In this document: positions 52,821 through 64,000 of the stretch, piece by piece
Numbering within the stretch: the first letter of the stretch is position 1
How the letters are laid out: each line of letters opens with the position of its first letter
DNA from: Octopus vulgaris
Taxonomy: Eukaryota
Direction: 5' to 3'
Length of the DNA: 64,000 bases
Assembly: GCA_951406725.2 (NCBI GenBank)
Contig: OX597814.1
Location: forward strand, 151,466,001-151,530,000
Notes under the pieces: generated by a model
Databases searched by the model: none
What the model was told of the DNA's origin: nothing
The model's input: only the letters and a program-made list of their open reading frames with translations
Position numbers and translations under genes: made by a program

Positions 52821-53769
52821 AACTGTGTGGAAGTCCGTTGTGTGCGTGCGTGCGTGTGTGTATGTGTGTGTGTGCATGCGTGTGCGTGCGTGTGTGTTGT
52901 CAATCAACCAGATAGTGCTCTGCTTAATTCTGTTGGCCTTTTGCATGCACACAGATGTCTCAATTCAGATACTTTTGGTACACACTGACATTACCACAAA
53001 CGCAAATTAGAAAGACCTGTCTGAAGTGAAGGTAATGATGAACTTGACTGATATGCTAAATATCGCTGCTAAATCTCCCTATGACCGCACCCTCTCGTCT
53101 CGGAAAACAACGCAAGCTACACTAGAAATAATTTTTAATTGCACCAAAAAATCCCCAATGATTATGTGTAGCGCAATATTTTTCTCCACCTCACCAAAAA
53201 CATTTTCCTCTCTTGACTGCTAAACGAACTGATACGAACTGAAGTTTCCTGGTTAACACAAACATTGCCCGTTATTTAATTACGTAATTAAATTGCTTTT
53301 CCTTGTTTATCCCATTTGTGCTGCATTCGCATGCTTGTTAGTATTTTTTGTCTCCGTAAGAATTAATTTGCACACATGAAAAGTGAAAGAGGAAATGAAA
53401 AAGAATAAGGGCAGAAGGCAAAAATGGAAAAACGAAAAATGTATATATGTGTGCTTTCAGTTTCGAACCCACTGTACAATAATTTGGGCAAGTGCTTTCT
53501 ACAGTAACACCGGACTGACCAACGTTGCGAACTTGCTCACGTAGCCTTTTCAGTGAAGCTTTCTATAGTAATTGGCAGCGATGGAAACAACCTTCGATGG
53601 AGCTAACTACATCTTGTTTCAAGAAGACTCTATATACTGCTGAAAAATTTGGGACGGGAAACATATGAAGACATAGCTATGTATAACCTAGAAGGTATTT
53701 CCATGTACAACCTGGGAGGTATTGAAAGGCCTTAAAGGTCCTTGAAATATTGTGGTTCACTACACATAT

Positions 53770-55800
53770 ACCTCTAACTTTGTATTCAATGTAGACGAAA
53801 GAGTCCTTAAAAAAAAAAAAAGAAAATGCCATACTGCACCTTCATCTCTCAAGAAAAAAGAAAAAAAAACTTCGGCGTTGAAGGCTAGAAGGACCATTTA
53901 ATGTCCTTTTTTGGTGATAAGGCACTTCAAATTGAATCTATGGAAACATTAATTAAAACATACATTTTTAATCTCATATAGACTCAGACGACACTGAAAT
54001 TTTACAGTTCTATTCGGTCTCTGATTGACCGAATAAACAGTCCCTCTACTACGTCCGATTGTCACTTATGTAATGTGGCTGCGGCCATGTTTAATAGAGT
54101 TCCTTTCACTGCGTTTCTTAAAGGACTGGTAACTTGGTTCTATAGCGTTTGCGTAGGCGTCTCTAATACAAACATAACTCTTCGTCCACGTGTGCTAGCA
54201 GTATCGACCAAACTCGATGCCGTTATCTCCCATCTTTTCTAGAAACACTTCTATCAAGTTTCCCTCTATATACACAAAGTACATCTAATGCCCTCATGCA
54301 TTCATTCACCGATACCACACTACAGACATCTCTATAAAACACATCTTACTTCTTTACAGAAATTTTATACAAGACATTAACATTGTACGTAACTCACAGC
54401 TGGGAATGAACATTGCTATTGAACGAGTTGAGTTTTATCCGTCTTTTTCTGTATACCAATTACTATTGAATGAACATACAGACGCAGTATTGACAAGCCA
54501 CTAACGCCGACGTCGTCACTTCAACCAGACCGTGAACACTCCATTGGGCTATAGCTAGACATTAGCTACGAAGATAGTGAACTCACCATACTAGTGACCC
54601 CCTTCACTAGACTGGTGATGCCTCACTAAACTAGCGACCAACTCGCTAAAGTAGTGGCCCATTACTAAAAATACATCGCTTAATTATCTTTTCTACATAG
54701 GCTCAAGGCCTGAAATTACACCGGCCCCAATGCTCAACTGGTACTTATTTCATCGACGTCGAAAGAATGAAAGTCGACCTGGGCGGAATTTGATCTCAGA
54801 ACGTAAAGACGGACGAAACTTCGCAAAGTATTTTGTCCGGCGTGCTAACGATTCTGCAAGCTCACCCACTTAATCTGTTGCTTCATAATGATTAAGAAAC
54901 ATGACTAGCGATTGAGGAATGCCACGAATGTATTTGCTTGTGACTTGGAAATGAACAAGAAGGCCGATGTGAAAATAGAAATTTCACTGTTATTTGATAA
55001 ATGTTTTTGTTTAGCGGTGAAAAGATATTGCGAAGAACATAGTCTTAAACATAAAGAATTGTTGTCAGCTGATAATGTTTTTTTTATTAATCCTAGAATC
55101 TTGATATCTTTCAGACCTGCAATCCTGTCGCAGCAGTTTACTTATTATCAAACTCTGATTCCTCCTCACACCAACCCATGAATCAGGGTGTAAATCTAAT
55201 ATCAAATCCCACTACATCCGTCTCACTGACAGCCAGCTTGTTGAAGAAATAGGTAACGAAGATAAGCAATCTCAGAAACAACTGTATATTGTGACGGCCG
55301 TGGATTATATCAGTGCAGTCCGGAATGAAGTAACCGAGAACTGCATGAACAGAGTTTGCAAGAAGCTATGGTCAGAAGTATGCAATGGCTTCTTGAACCT
55401 TTATGAAACATACATACCAGCAGCAGTCATAAATAACATCTTTGAGCTGTTGGTCAATGAAGGGATAATTCAAAATATCAAAGTGGAGTATTTCGAAGAG
55501 TCAATAAACATTTTTTATAAGAGTTTGTTAGCTGAAGATCAACAAGAGCGAGCACATCAACACACCCAAAATGAGCCTGAAGACACCTACTGTAGAAGAG
55601 CCAGTAATATTAGAAAGTATCTTCCCAACTGAATTCCTCAGTAATAACATCACCAAGATTATGAAAATCAAGAACCAATTTACTGAGGATGGGCTGACTA
55701 GAAGTCAGTGAGGCATAGAAAAGTATTCTGAATATGATACCCTGCGTAAATTGCTTAATGATAGGAGACTCAAGGAAATGATGTCGTTTTAGATGTAGTC
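53770..55800 (+). pseudogene. pogo/Tigger-like transposase relic, interrupted by insertions
   Basis: Fragments FVFNVDE...KMP..TFISQEK (53780-53860), FDKCFCLAVKRYC...LLSADN, PPHT...MNQGV and CKKLWSE resemble Tigger DDE_1 domains. Many stops and frameshifts. Confidence 0.65.
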
Positions 55801-55863
55801 TTCGGAAAGCAGCCTGTATGTGATGAAGAAAGGCAACTTGAAGAGCTCTAATTTCCAGTATAT

Positions 55864-56094
55864 ATTTCTTTATTGCTCACAAGGGGCTAAACATAGAGAG
55901 GACAAACAAGGACATACGGAGGGATTAAGTCGATTGCATCGACCCCAGAGCGTAATTGGTACTTAGTTTATCGACCCCGAAAGGATGAAAGGTAAAGTCG
56001 ACCTCGGCGGAATTTGAACTCAGAACGTAACGGCAGACGAAATACGGTTACGCATTTCGTCCGTCGTGCTAACGTTTCTGCCAGCTCGCCGCCT
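55864..56094 (-). mobile_element. Family-B SINE
   Basis: Matches 951-1171. Flanked by the duplicated TAATTTCCAGTATA (55849-55862 / 56097-56110). Confidence 0.85.
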
Positions 56095-56227
56095 TATAAT
56101 TTCCAGTATAGTCGCGTTTTCCTTATTTCAGACGGCTGCTTTTCAACAGAATGAGAATGAGTAGAGCTGTGTGCACGTAATTTCAAGTTCAATTTCATGT
56201 TACATATTGTACTACATTACATCTTTA

Positions 56228-56383
56228 ATTGTGCTCAACGAGTGTTTCATTAAGGTACACGCCACCAAATGTATAATTACATAATTGTGATACATTATTT
56301 ACTTTAATTAAATCATTTGTCACAACAATGTAATTATACATTCGGTGGCGTTCATCTCAATGAAACAGCTGTCGTGCACAATT
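56228..56383. repeat. Imperfect fold-back hairpin
   Basis: AATTGTGC..TGTTTCATT..ACGCCACCAAATGTATAATTACAT pairs with ATGTAATTATACATTCGGTGGCGT..AATGAAACA..GCACAATT. Confidence 0.8.
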
Positions 56384-56939
56384 GATATATGAACTATAAG
56401 CGAAATCTATACTTTTTCTGCTTTTAAGCTAATTATAACGTTTTTAAAAGTCGCTTTAATCGATTATATATTCTCATGAAGCCGGTCCCACTGCAATAAA
56501 TAACGTATTGGAGTTTAACGATTTGTTATTAATCACGCTCTTAATTACCGTATATTTATTCTTTGACTTTCTATATCATTTTGCATGGATAGTAATATTA
56601 TATCTTAAACTCGTGAACTAATGTTATAACTCAGAATGACAATGCAAACTTGGAAGGTGTGACAGCGAGTCACTGTGTTTGACAATATCTGTTACCTCCA
56701 TTTGGGTTGGTATCGCTATTAAAAAATAGCATATATCTCAACTTCGACAATGTTGTAATGATACCGTCTAGCGTAGTGGTTCCCAACCTGTGGTCCGGTT
56801 GCGATCGATACTACGCGTACGTGAGAAAAATGCTTGAAATAATGCCAAAAAATGGGACGGCCGGACAAGTTGTTTTGAGAAAATTTCGTTTAAATGTTTG
56901 ACAACTCAGCACCGTCCATTGGACGGGGGCGTTTTGCTC

Positions 56940-56993
<54 letters not shown>

Positions 56994-57040
56994 TTATATA
57001 TATATATATAGATAGATAGATAGATAGATATATATGTGTG

Positions 57041-57165
<125 letters not shown>

Positions 57166-57232
57166 TTATATATATATATTTATATATATATATTTATATA
57201 TATATATATTTATATATATGTATGTATGTATG

Positions 57233-57279
<47 letters not shown>

Positions 57280-57351
57280 ATGTGACCTCGTGAGTACCGC
57301 TGGCGATTTTTTTCCTCTCTCTTCCCTTCTCGGAATCTTTCCTTCTCCTAT

Positions 57352-57386
57352 GTTTCCGACGAAGAGCTCCGCTCGAAACGTTAAAC
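57352..57386 (+). ncRNA. Minimal type I hammerhead motif (U4C variant)
   Basis: GTTT-CCGACGA-A-GAGC-tcc-GCTC-GAAA-C-GTT/AAAC. Palindromic ACGT stem III. Lies in a ~215-bp element between microsatellites. Confidence 0.6.
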
Positions 57387-58236
57387 CCTCCTTCCCTTCT
57401 TTCCTGAGCGTCCAATAATACTTTATTTGTTCCATGTCCTCGCGTCGTTGTGTTTTTTTTTGTTTTTTTTTTGTGTTTTCTTGTTTGGATTAACTATATA
57501 TATATATACTACATATGTGGAAAATCGGTGTGTGTTTGTGACGTTGTTATCTAACTCCTCCTGTATCGTTTTATTGATGTTAATGAAACTTGACACATGA
57601 GTAGAACTCATGTCTGGAAACCTCATGACATACTTAGATTGTTGAAAAAATCGATAATACGGCCCCTTTATATCTAGCTCATGTAACTAATTTTTTTAAA
57701 CACCCAAAGGAAATAACACATACAATCTGCACAATATTTTTTAAACATTCAAGGGAAATAACGCCGACCTAATTCTGCATTTCACTACTCACAGTTTTGA
57801 ACTGCTAAACATTATTATTGCACTTCCTTAATTTGAATCTCTTCATTCATACATATATATATATTATATGTACACACATACATACCTGTCTAGAGCGTCG
57901 AGTGTATTCCGCCCTTGGGCAGGCCCTGTGCATGTGAAGCTTCTCTAGCACTCTAAACCACAAGGGAGGGCTCGTACCCCACCTTGCCGACTTTAAGTAG
58001 ATTACTGGAACTTCAGCTACCATGACTAGATTTGGGATGAATCCTGGAATGGTTTCCCGTTGCTTTCTCCGGGCAGGTGCGAATTGAACTCAGAATGTTG
58101 AACGCCAGAAGGTATACCATAAGGCATTTCTACTGACGCGCCAACAATTCTGCCCTTCTCCCACTTGCAGAGTCCGTGAATCGAACCCACCATCGCCCTA
58201 ACAGCAAGGCCATGCGTCTTCACTCAAACACACACA

Positions 58237-58306
<70 letters not shown>

Positions 58307-58923
58307 AACACAACGTGTATGCATACATACAGCTTACGATATATAACTTCTAAATTCTAAGCCAGGATTCGAAATCGAATCCACATTTTCCTACAGGCAC
58401 TCTGCCTGTTGTTCTCGCCTTTTGCACTTGGAAATTTATGAAACTTTGCTGTGACCTATAAACCTTTTCCGGTCAAATATGAATCAGGACTAATTAAAGA
58501 AGAAAAATCTTTTGTCTAGCCTAACCTAATTTAGCAGGAGAAAATATAAACTGGCAAACAAAAATCAGTTCAACCTCTTTTGTCGCTCTGCCTCTGGTCA
58601 AAGAACATCTCTATTTCTCTCCACAAGTATGGCCTGTCATAGCGCAACAGCACAGCTCTTAAACCATCTGTCTTGTCTAAACTCTCTTATCATTTCTCTC
58701 ATTGTAGCCACCCACAGATTAAGCAAACAATCATACAGAATGAACAATAGAACTAAAAATAATTTGCGTACCGCAACAATTCAAACCACTCAAAGTAGTA
58801 GCAATTTGTTTCGTAACGATGACGGTAGTAAATAAAAGGATCTTTTCAACTAACAATAATCTTCTCTTATTTACTCGGTGCATATTATCGTTACATATGA
58901 TCGTTATGTATGTGTGTGTGTGT

Positions 58924-58975
<52 letters not shown>

Positions 58976-59067
58976 ACGAGTGAGTAGACAAACGAAAGAA
59001 AAAAAGCACTCATCACATTTAGTAGGAGTTACATGTATTATTTAAAACAGTTCTGTTATTATTATCA

Positions 59068-59116
<49 letters not shown>

Positions 59117-59146
59117 AGTGGAGTCCTACATCTTAGGACATTATAT

Positions 59147-59546
59147 GGTGCAGGAGTGGCTGTGTGGTAAGTAGCTTGCTTACAAACCACATGGTTCTGG
59201 GTTTAGTCCCACTGCGTGGCATCTTGGGCAAGTGTCTTCTGCTATAGCCTCGGGCCGACCAATGCCTTGTGAGTGGATTTGGCAGACGGAAACTGAAAGA
59301 AGCCTGTCGTATATATGTATATATATATATATGTATGTGTGTGTATATGTTTGTGTGTCTGTGTTTGTCTCTCTAGCATTGCTTGACAACCGATGCTGGT
59401 GTGTTTACGTCCCCGTAACTTAGCGGTTCGGCAAAAGAGACCGATAGAATAAGTCCTGGGGTCGATTTGCTCGACTAAAGGCGGTGCTCCAGCATGGCCG
59501 CAGTCAAATGACTGATACAAGTAAAAGAGTAAAGAGTAAAGAGAGT
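59147..59546 (+). mobile_element. Family-A SINE (leader-bearing subfamily)
   Basis: Homologous to the other copies. Shares a 24-nt 5' leader with the 34045-34443 copy. Confidence 0.85.
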
Positions 59547-59940
59547 CTTTTTTTTTCACGTGTTCTCACTGAACTACCGAGCACAGCTCTGCGTGCCTTG
59601 GGTATGTGCTGTGGTTTGTTGTGATGCTCTTATGGTTACTGTATTGAAAGTGTTTTACGTACTGTATGTTATATATATTTGTTAGTCCTGCTGTTTCTGT
59701 TATGTATTTGTTTAAATTTTTTTTATCATACCTAATGCGCCCACTATGATAGGAATTGTTTCTGTTTTTAGATTCCACATTCGAGTAACCTCTATTTCCA
59801 GGTCTTTGTATTTTGAAAGTTTCTTCATTTCTTTTAGGGAAATGTTATCGTCTGTTGGTATTGATACATCAATTAGAAAGCATTTTTTTCTTCACAATCT
59901 CTGACAACTATATCTGCCCTATTGGCATTATTATTATTGT

Positions 59941-60588
59941 TGCCTTTACACAGCTTCTTACGCTGGAGATGTACTACAGTGTCAGCTGTTCACTACCATT
60001 GAACTAAGGTAACACCTCTTATTTTTCGAGCACCTCCCAGAGTATTCGAGCGGTTCCAAGCAGTGCTGTTTTCTGCAAGTACTCCACCCTTATTGCAGTC
60101 CCTATTTGGTCCACGTATTTCTCGAGATTTTTGCTCACTGTTCCCAGGACTCCGACAATTATTGGTACTACTGCTACCTTTTTCATCGACCACAACTGCT
60201 TAACTTCCCAAGCTAACCTGTCATATCTCTCGACTTTTCTTTCTTCCTTATCGCATACCTTGTTGTCAGCTAGGCATGCTATGTCTACGATCCAGCATAG
60301 TTTGTTTTCCTTCTGAATTAAGACTATGTCCGGCTTCCTATTCTCAGTCTCATTGGATCTTTGCATTTCTATTTTCGACAACGCTTTCAGGTTTGTATCA
60401 ATTTTTTGCTCTGTCAAGTCCATACTTGTTGCAAAGTATCCTATATTGTCATGGCGTCTCTTATATTCCTTCTGGGTTAGTGACGTACATTGGCTGGTAA
60501 TATGCCATATGGTTTCATCGTTTTGTCCACAGATTCTGCACTTATCACTTTCTGATTTGTTGTCTACTCTGTATTTTATGTAGTGGAT
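59941..60588 (-). mobile_element. R4/Dong-like non-LTR retrotransposon 3' end (restriction-like endonuclease)
   Basis: CCHC knuckle CRICGQNDETIWHITSQC, RRHDNI, KPDIVL...IVDIAC and K..RYDRL motifs. The 3'UTR ends at a short (TAA)n run (59929-59938). Confidence 0.85.
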
Positions 60589-60860
60589 CTTTTCGGTTTG
60601 AACGGCAGTTTTTTCTAGCGGTGTCATATGAAATTGTCACCCATAATTATGACCCTAGAATCGATCGATTGCATTTCAATCTCTTTTAGGGTTAGGGTTA
60701 GTTAGGGTTAGGGGTGAGGGAAGGGTATTTTTTTTATTCACAAATGTGAATAAACCCAATCTGTTTCTTAAACGAGGGACATATTCATACGGCACAGAAT
60801 GCTTGTTAACTCAATAGACGTCACTGATTGGTTGAAATTGCAGAAATTGAAGAAAAAAAA
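60589..60860. mobile_element. Unclassified short element containing internal (TTAGGG)n
   Basis: TTAGGG repeats at 60686-60713. Abuts the truncated R4-like ORF. Confidence 0.4.
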
Positions 60861-61432
60861 CATGTATGTATGTATGTATGTATGTATGTATGCATGTATG
60901 TATGTATGCGTGCATGCATGCATGTATGTATGTATGTATGTATGTATGTATGTATGTATGTATGTATGTATATATGTATGTATGTATGTATGTTTTTATG
61001 TACGTATGTATGTATGCATGCATGCATGTATGTATGTGTGTAAGTATGTATGTATGCATGTATGTATGTATGTATGTATGTATGTATGTATGTATGTATG
61101 TATGTATGCATGCATGTATGTATGTATGTGTTTATGTATGTATGTGTTTATATGTGTGTGTTTGTAGCCTCCACCGCTTAGCAATCGGTGTGGGTTTGCT
61201 TATGTACTCGCAATCTAACGGTTCGGCGGAAGAGATCGATAGAGTAAGTACCGGGGTAGATTTGTTCAATTAAAAACTCTTCGAGTCGGTACCTCAGCAT
61301 GGCTGTAGTGCAATGCCTGAAACAGGTCAGAGATAAAAGAACCCACACAACTTATTTATTGCTAAAAGCAATATAAAAAAATGCGTGGTTCAAATCTTAT
61401 TTCGAATGACGGAATTGACACGGAAGTGAATG

Positions 61433-61664
61433 ACTCTCTCTTTACTCTTCTACTCTTTTACTTGTTTCAGTCATTTGACTGCGGCCATGCTGGAGCACCA
61501 CCTTTAGTCGAGCAACTCGACCCCGGGACTTATTCTTTTTGTAAGCCCAGTACTTATTCTATCGGTCTCTTTTGCCGAACCGCTAAGTAACGGGGACATA
61601 AACACACCAGCATCGGTTGTCAAGCAATGCTAGGGGGACAAACACAGACGCACAAACACACACA

Positions 61665-61726
<62 letters not shown>

Positions 61727-61891
61727 TACGACGGGCTTCTTTCAGTTTCCGTCTACCAAATCCACTCACAAGGCTTTGGTCGGCCCGAGACTATAGTAGA
61801 AGACACTTACCTAAGGTGCCACGCAGTGGGACTGAACCCGGAACAATGTGGTTGATAAACAAGCTACTTACCACACAGCCACTCCTGCGCC
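61433..61891 (-). mobile_element. Family-A SINE
   Basis: Homologous to 10806-11262. Confidence 0.85.
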
Positions 61892-62639
61892 TCATGAATC
61901 TCTATTGGCTTTGTCGCTTCTGCAGGACAATATCACTGAAACTGCACCAAATCATTTTTACACTATTCATAGTAAACGAAATACATGTAGTAAGGAGAGT
62001 TTTCAATTGTGAAAGGTTTAAATGACTGTTACTAATAGAGGGTGGAGCTGTGAGGATAGAATAGTCGACGGGTGCATTACCATGCTTAATATGAATAAGA
62101 CACTTTCAAACTTGTTAAACTTGTCCAACATCAAAGTAAAGAAATAAGAGTTGTGTTAGAAAAGACTTCATTTTGTCTTCTCGTGAGCAAAGAGGGTGAT
62201 TTGGGCAAATGTTTTATATATGACAATGCGAAAGATCAAATTCGTATTACTCATGTAAAGCGTTCATGCATCATAACGCTGTAAAACTGCCGAAAAGCAA
62301 CCGGTGCACAGAGCATTCGAAAAGTGTTCGCCATCTGCAGGCTGTAGTCTATCGGGTGAATGCATTGCACATAATATCGGTGTTAGGTCAATTAAATACT
62401 GTACACTAGTAGCTTGTAGGGCTGTGCAGAATCGAGAACACTTGAAAATTATTACCAAAATCTCATAGTTAACTACCCAACGAAATACAACTCGACGAGG
62501 TCATATAAAGAACCACAGCAGTTATTTTGACGAAGATTCCGATTTCAACAATGGTATCTTTTTGTAACTTCTACATTTTTGAACCAAGAATATTCCTTAG
62601 TTGAGGAGAAAAACTGAAAAGACATTCAGATACACAAAT

Positions 62640-62848
62640 ACAATTGGCGTCACCTACTGTTCAAAACGAAATACTTGATATCATGGGTGCGGTTGTTTTA
62701 GGCGTCACAGCAAATGGTGTGAAATGTTTAAGATATTCATCTTATCATTGATGAAACAACAGATGTCTTGCAACCCGTTGAGCAAGTTGCAATATACCTT
62801 AGGTGTACCTCTGAAGGATAAAGCAGGGAGTCTTTCCTCGGATTTTTT
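62640..62848 (+). pseudogene. hAT transposase relic
   Basis: Translates LIIDETTDVLQPVEQVAIYLR...RESFLGF, resembling the hAT first catalytic motif DETTD..EQ...RY...E.FLGF. Confidence 0.6.
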
Positions 62849-62862
62849 TTTCAGTATAGTAT

Positions 62863-62925
62863 ACTATACTGAAGAGAGAAGTAAGTAAAATTTAAATCAC
62901 TTTAATATCGAAACGCGTATATAGT
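62863..62925 (+). ncRNA. Type I hammerhead motif
   Basis: ACTATA-CTGAAGA-GA..GAAGT/ACTTT..TC-GAAA-C-GC-GTA/TATAGT. Perfect 6-bp stem I, palindromic ACGCGT stem III, intact core. Confidence 0.75.
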
Positions 62926-63270
62926 TAATCTTGGTCGTGCTGATTCATTGCTTTGCTCTTTGCCTTCGTAAAAAAAAGTATATTACCGTCATGGAGATTC
63001 TTATAGTAGCAGAAAAGGAATTTTAACTCCTATTTCTAAAATCGGTAGGTGGTGAAGCAATTAGCTGAACCCTAATTATAATTATGTGGATAATTTTACC
63101 TATAAAGGTTATTTTAACGTACCGATCAACTTGGTAAAATTATTAATTAATTAATTAATTTGAATAATAAATTTGACCCTTTTATTATTAATATATATAT
63201 ATGAACTTGGAAATGGATGCGTGACGTTCAATTAAATAATAATATAAATAATAAATATAAATGTGTACAC

Positions 63271-63317
<47 letters not shown>

Positions 63318-63344
63318 TGTATGTATGTATGTATGTATGTATGT

Positions 63345-63688
63345 ATGCATATATGGGTGCAGGACGTCACCAACAATAAACAACATGAAATACGAAAACA
63401 GCCCTTCCTGTTTGTTTTCGCTGTCCTGTTTTTGTCACCAATTTTGACCCTCCACAAAATCCCAAATTTGCGGCAGCAACTGTTTTATCGAAGGCGTATC
63501 TTGTAAAATGCTCGAAATACGGATTAGAAAAACAGCTGACAACTGATGAAGGGTCCTTCTTTGTGTTGTCTGTCTTATTTTCCATTTGTTTCTTTCGTTG
63601 CTCGCAAAAAAAGCTCATATTCCATGCCTTCGTACTTCGTATTTTTTGTTGCTTATGTTTTGTGACGTCCAGTGCCCATATATGCATA
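63345..63688. mobile_element. Element with imperfect inverted ends embedded in microsatellite
   Basis: ATGCATATATGGGTGCAGGACGTCAC..ATAA.CAACA..AAATACGAA pairs with TTCGTATTT..TGTTGCTTAT..GTGACGTCCAGTGCCCATATATGCAT. Related fragment at 17638-17705. Confidence 0.6.
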
Positions 63689-63902
63689 AGTATATACGTA
63701 TAAATGTATGTACGTATATTTATGTATATATGCATATATATATATTATTTATATTATATATGTATATAATGTATATATATATATATTATTTGAACGTATG
63801 TATATGGGTGCGTGTGTGCGTATGTATGTGTGTGTATGTGTATGAGTAACTTTAGTTATAATCCATGTCTCAGAGTAAAGGCAGATATAAAGATTCTTCA
63901 AG

Positions 63903-63933
<31 letters not shown>

Positions 63934-64000
63934 TTGTATGTATGTGTGTGTGTGTGTGTGTATGTATGTACATACCAACAAGCATACATACATACCTACA

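Noticed and set aside
63505-63580. CGAAA followed by CTGATGA, a possible permuted hammerhead
   Set aside because: I could not build consistent stems I-III around the two core segments.

Overview
AT-rich, microsatellite-saturated eukaryotic DNA. The repeat repertoire suggests a coleoid cephalopod, probably Octopus; this is inferred from repeat style, not from a database match. One protein-coding gene can be assembled: a three-exon ankyrin-repeat gene on + (21071-21330, 28302-28531, 33429-33940; 333 aa; GT-AG introns with matching phases). Almost all other ORFs in the track are microsatellite or repeat artefacts. The remainder is transposon debris: several tRNA-derived SINE families, RTE, CR1-like and R4-like LINE fragments, a DD37D maT element, pogo/Tigger and hAT relics, and MITEs. 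The main unexplained signal is eight type I hammerhead-ribozyme motifs in five unrelated sequence contexts, plus two fold-back hairpins built from hammerhead 3' halves. They are often arranged as inverted pairs. The clearest case is a TSD-flanked non-coding insertion at 8943-9598 with a 360-nt period and two hammerheads in opposite orientation, resembling a Penelope-like (PLE) or retrozyme-type element. Structures were folded by eye, and catalytic activity and novelty are untested.
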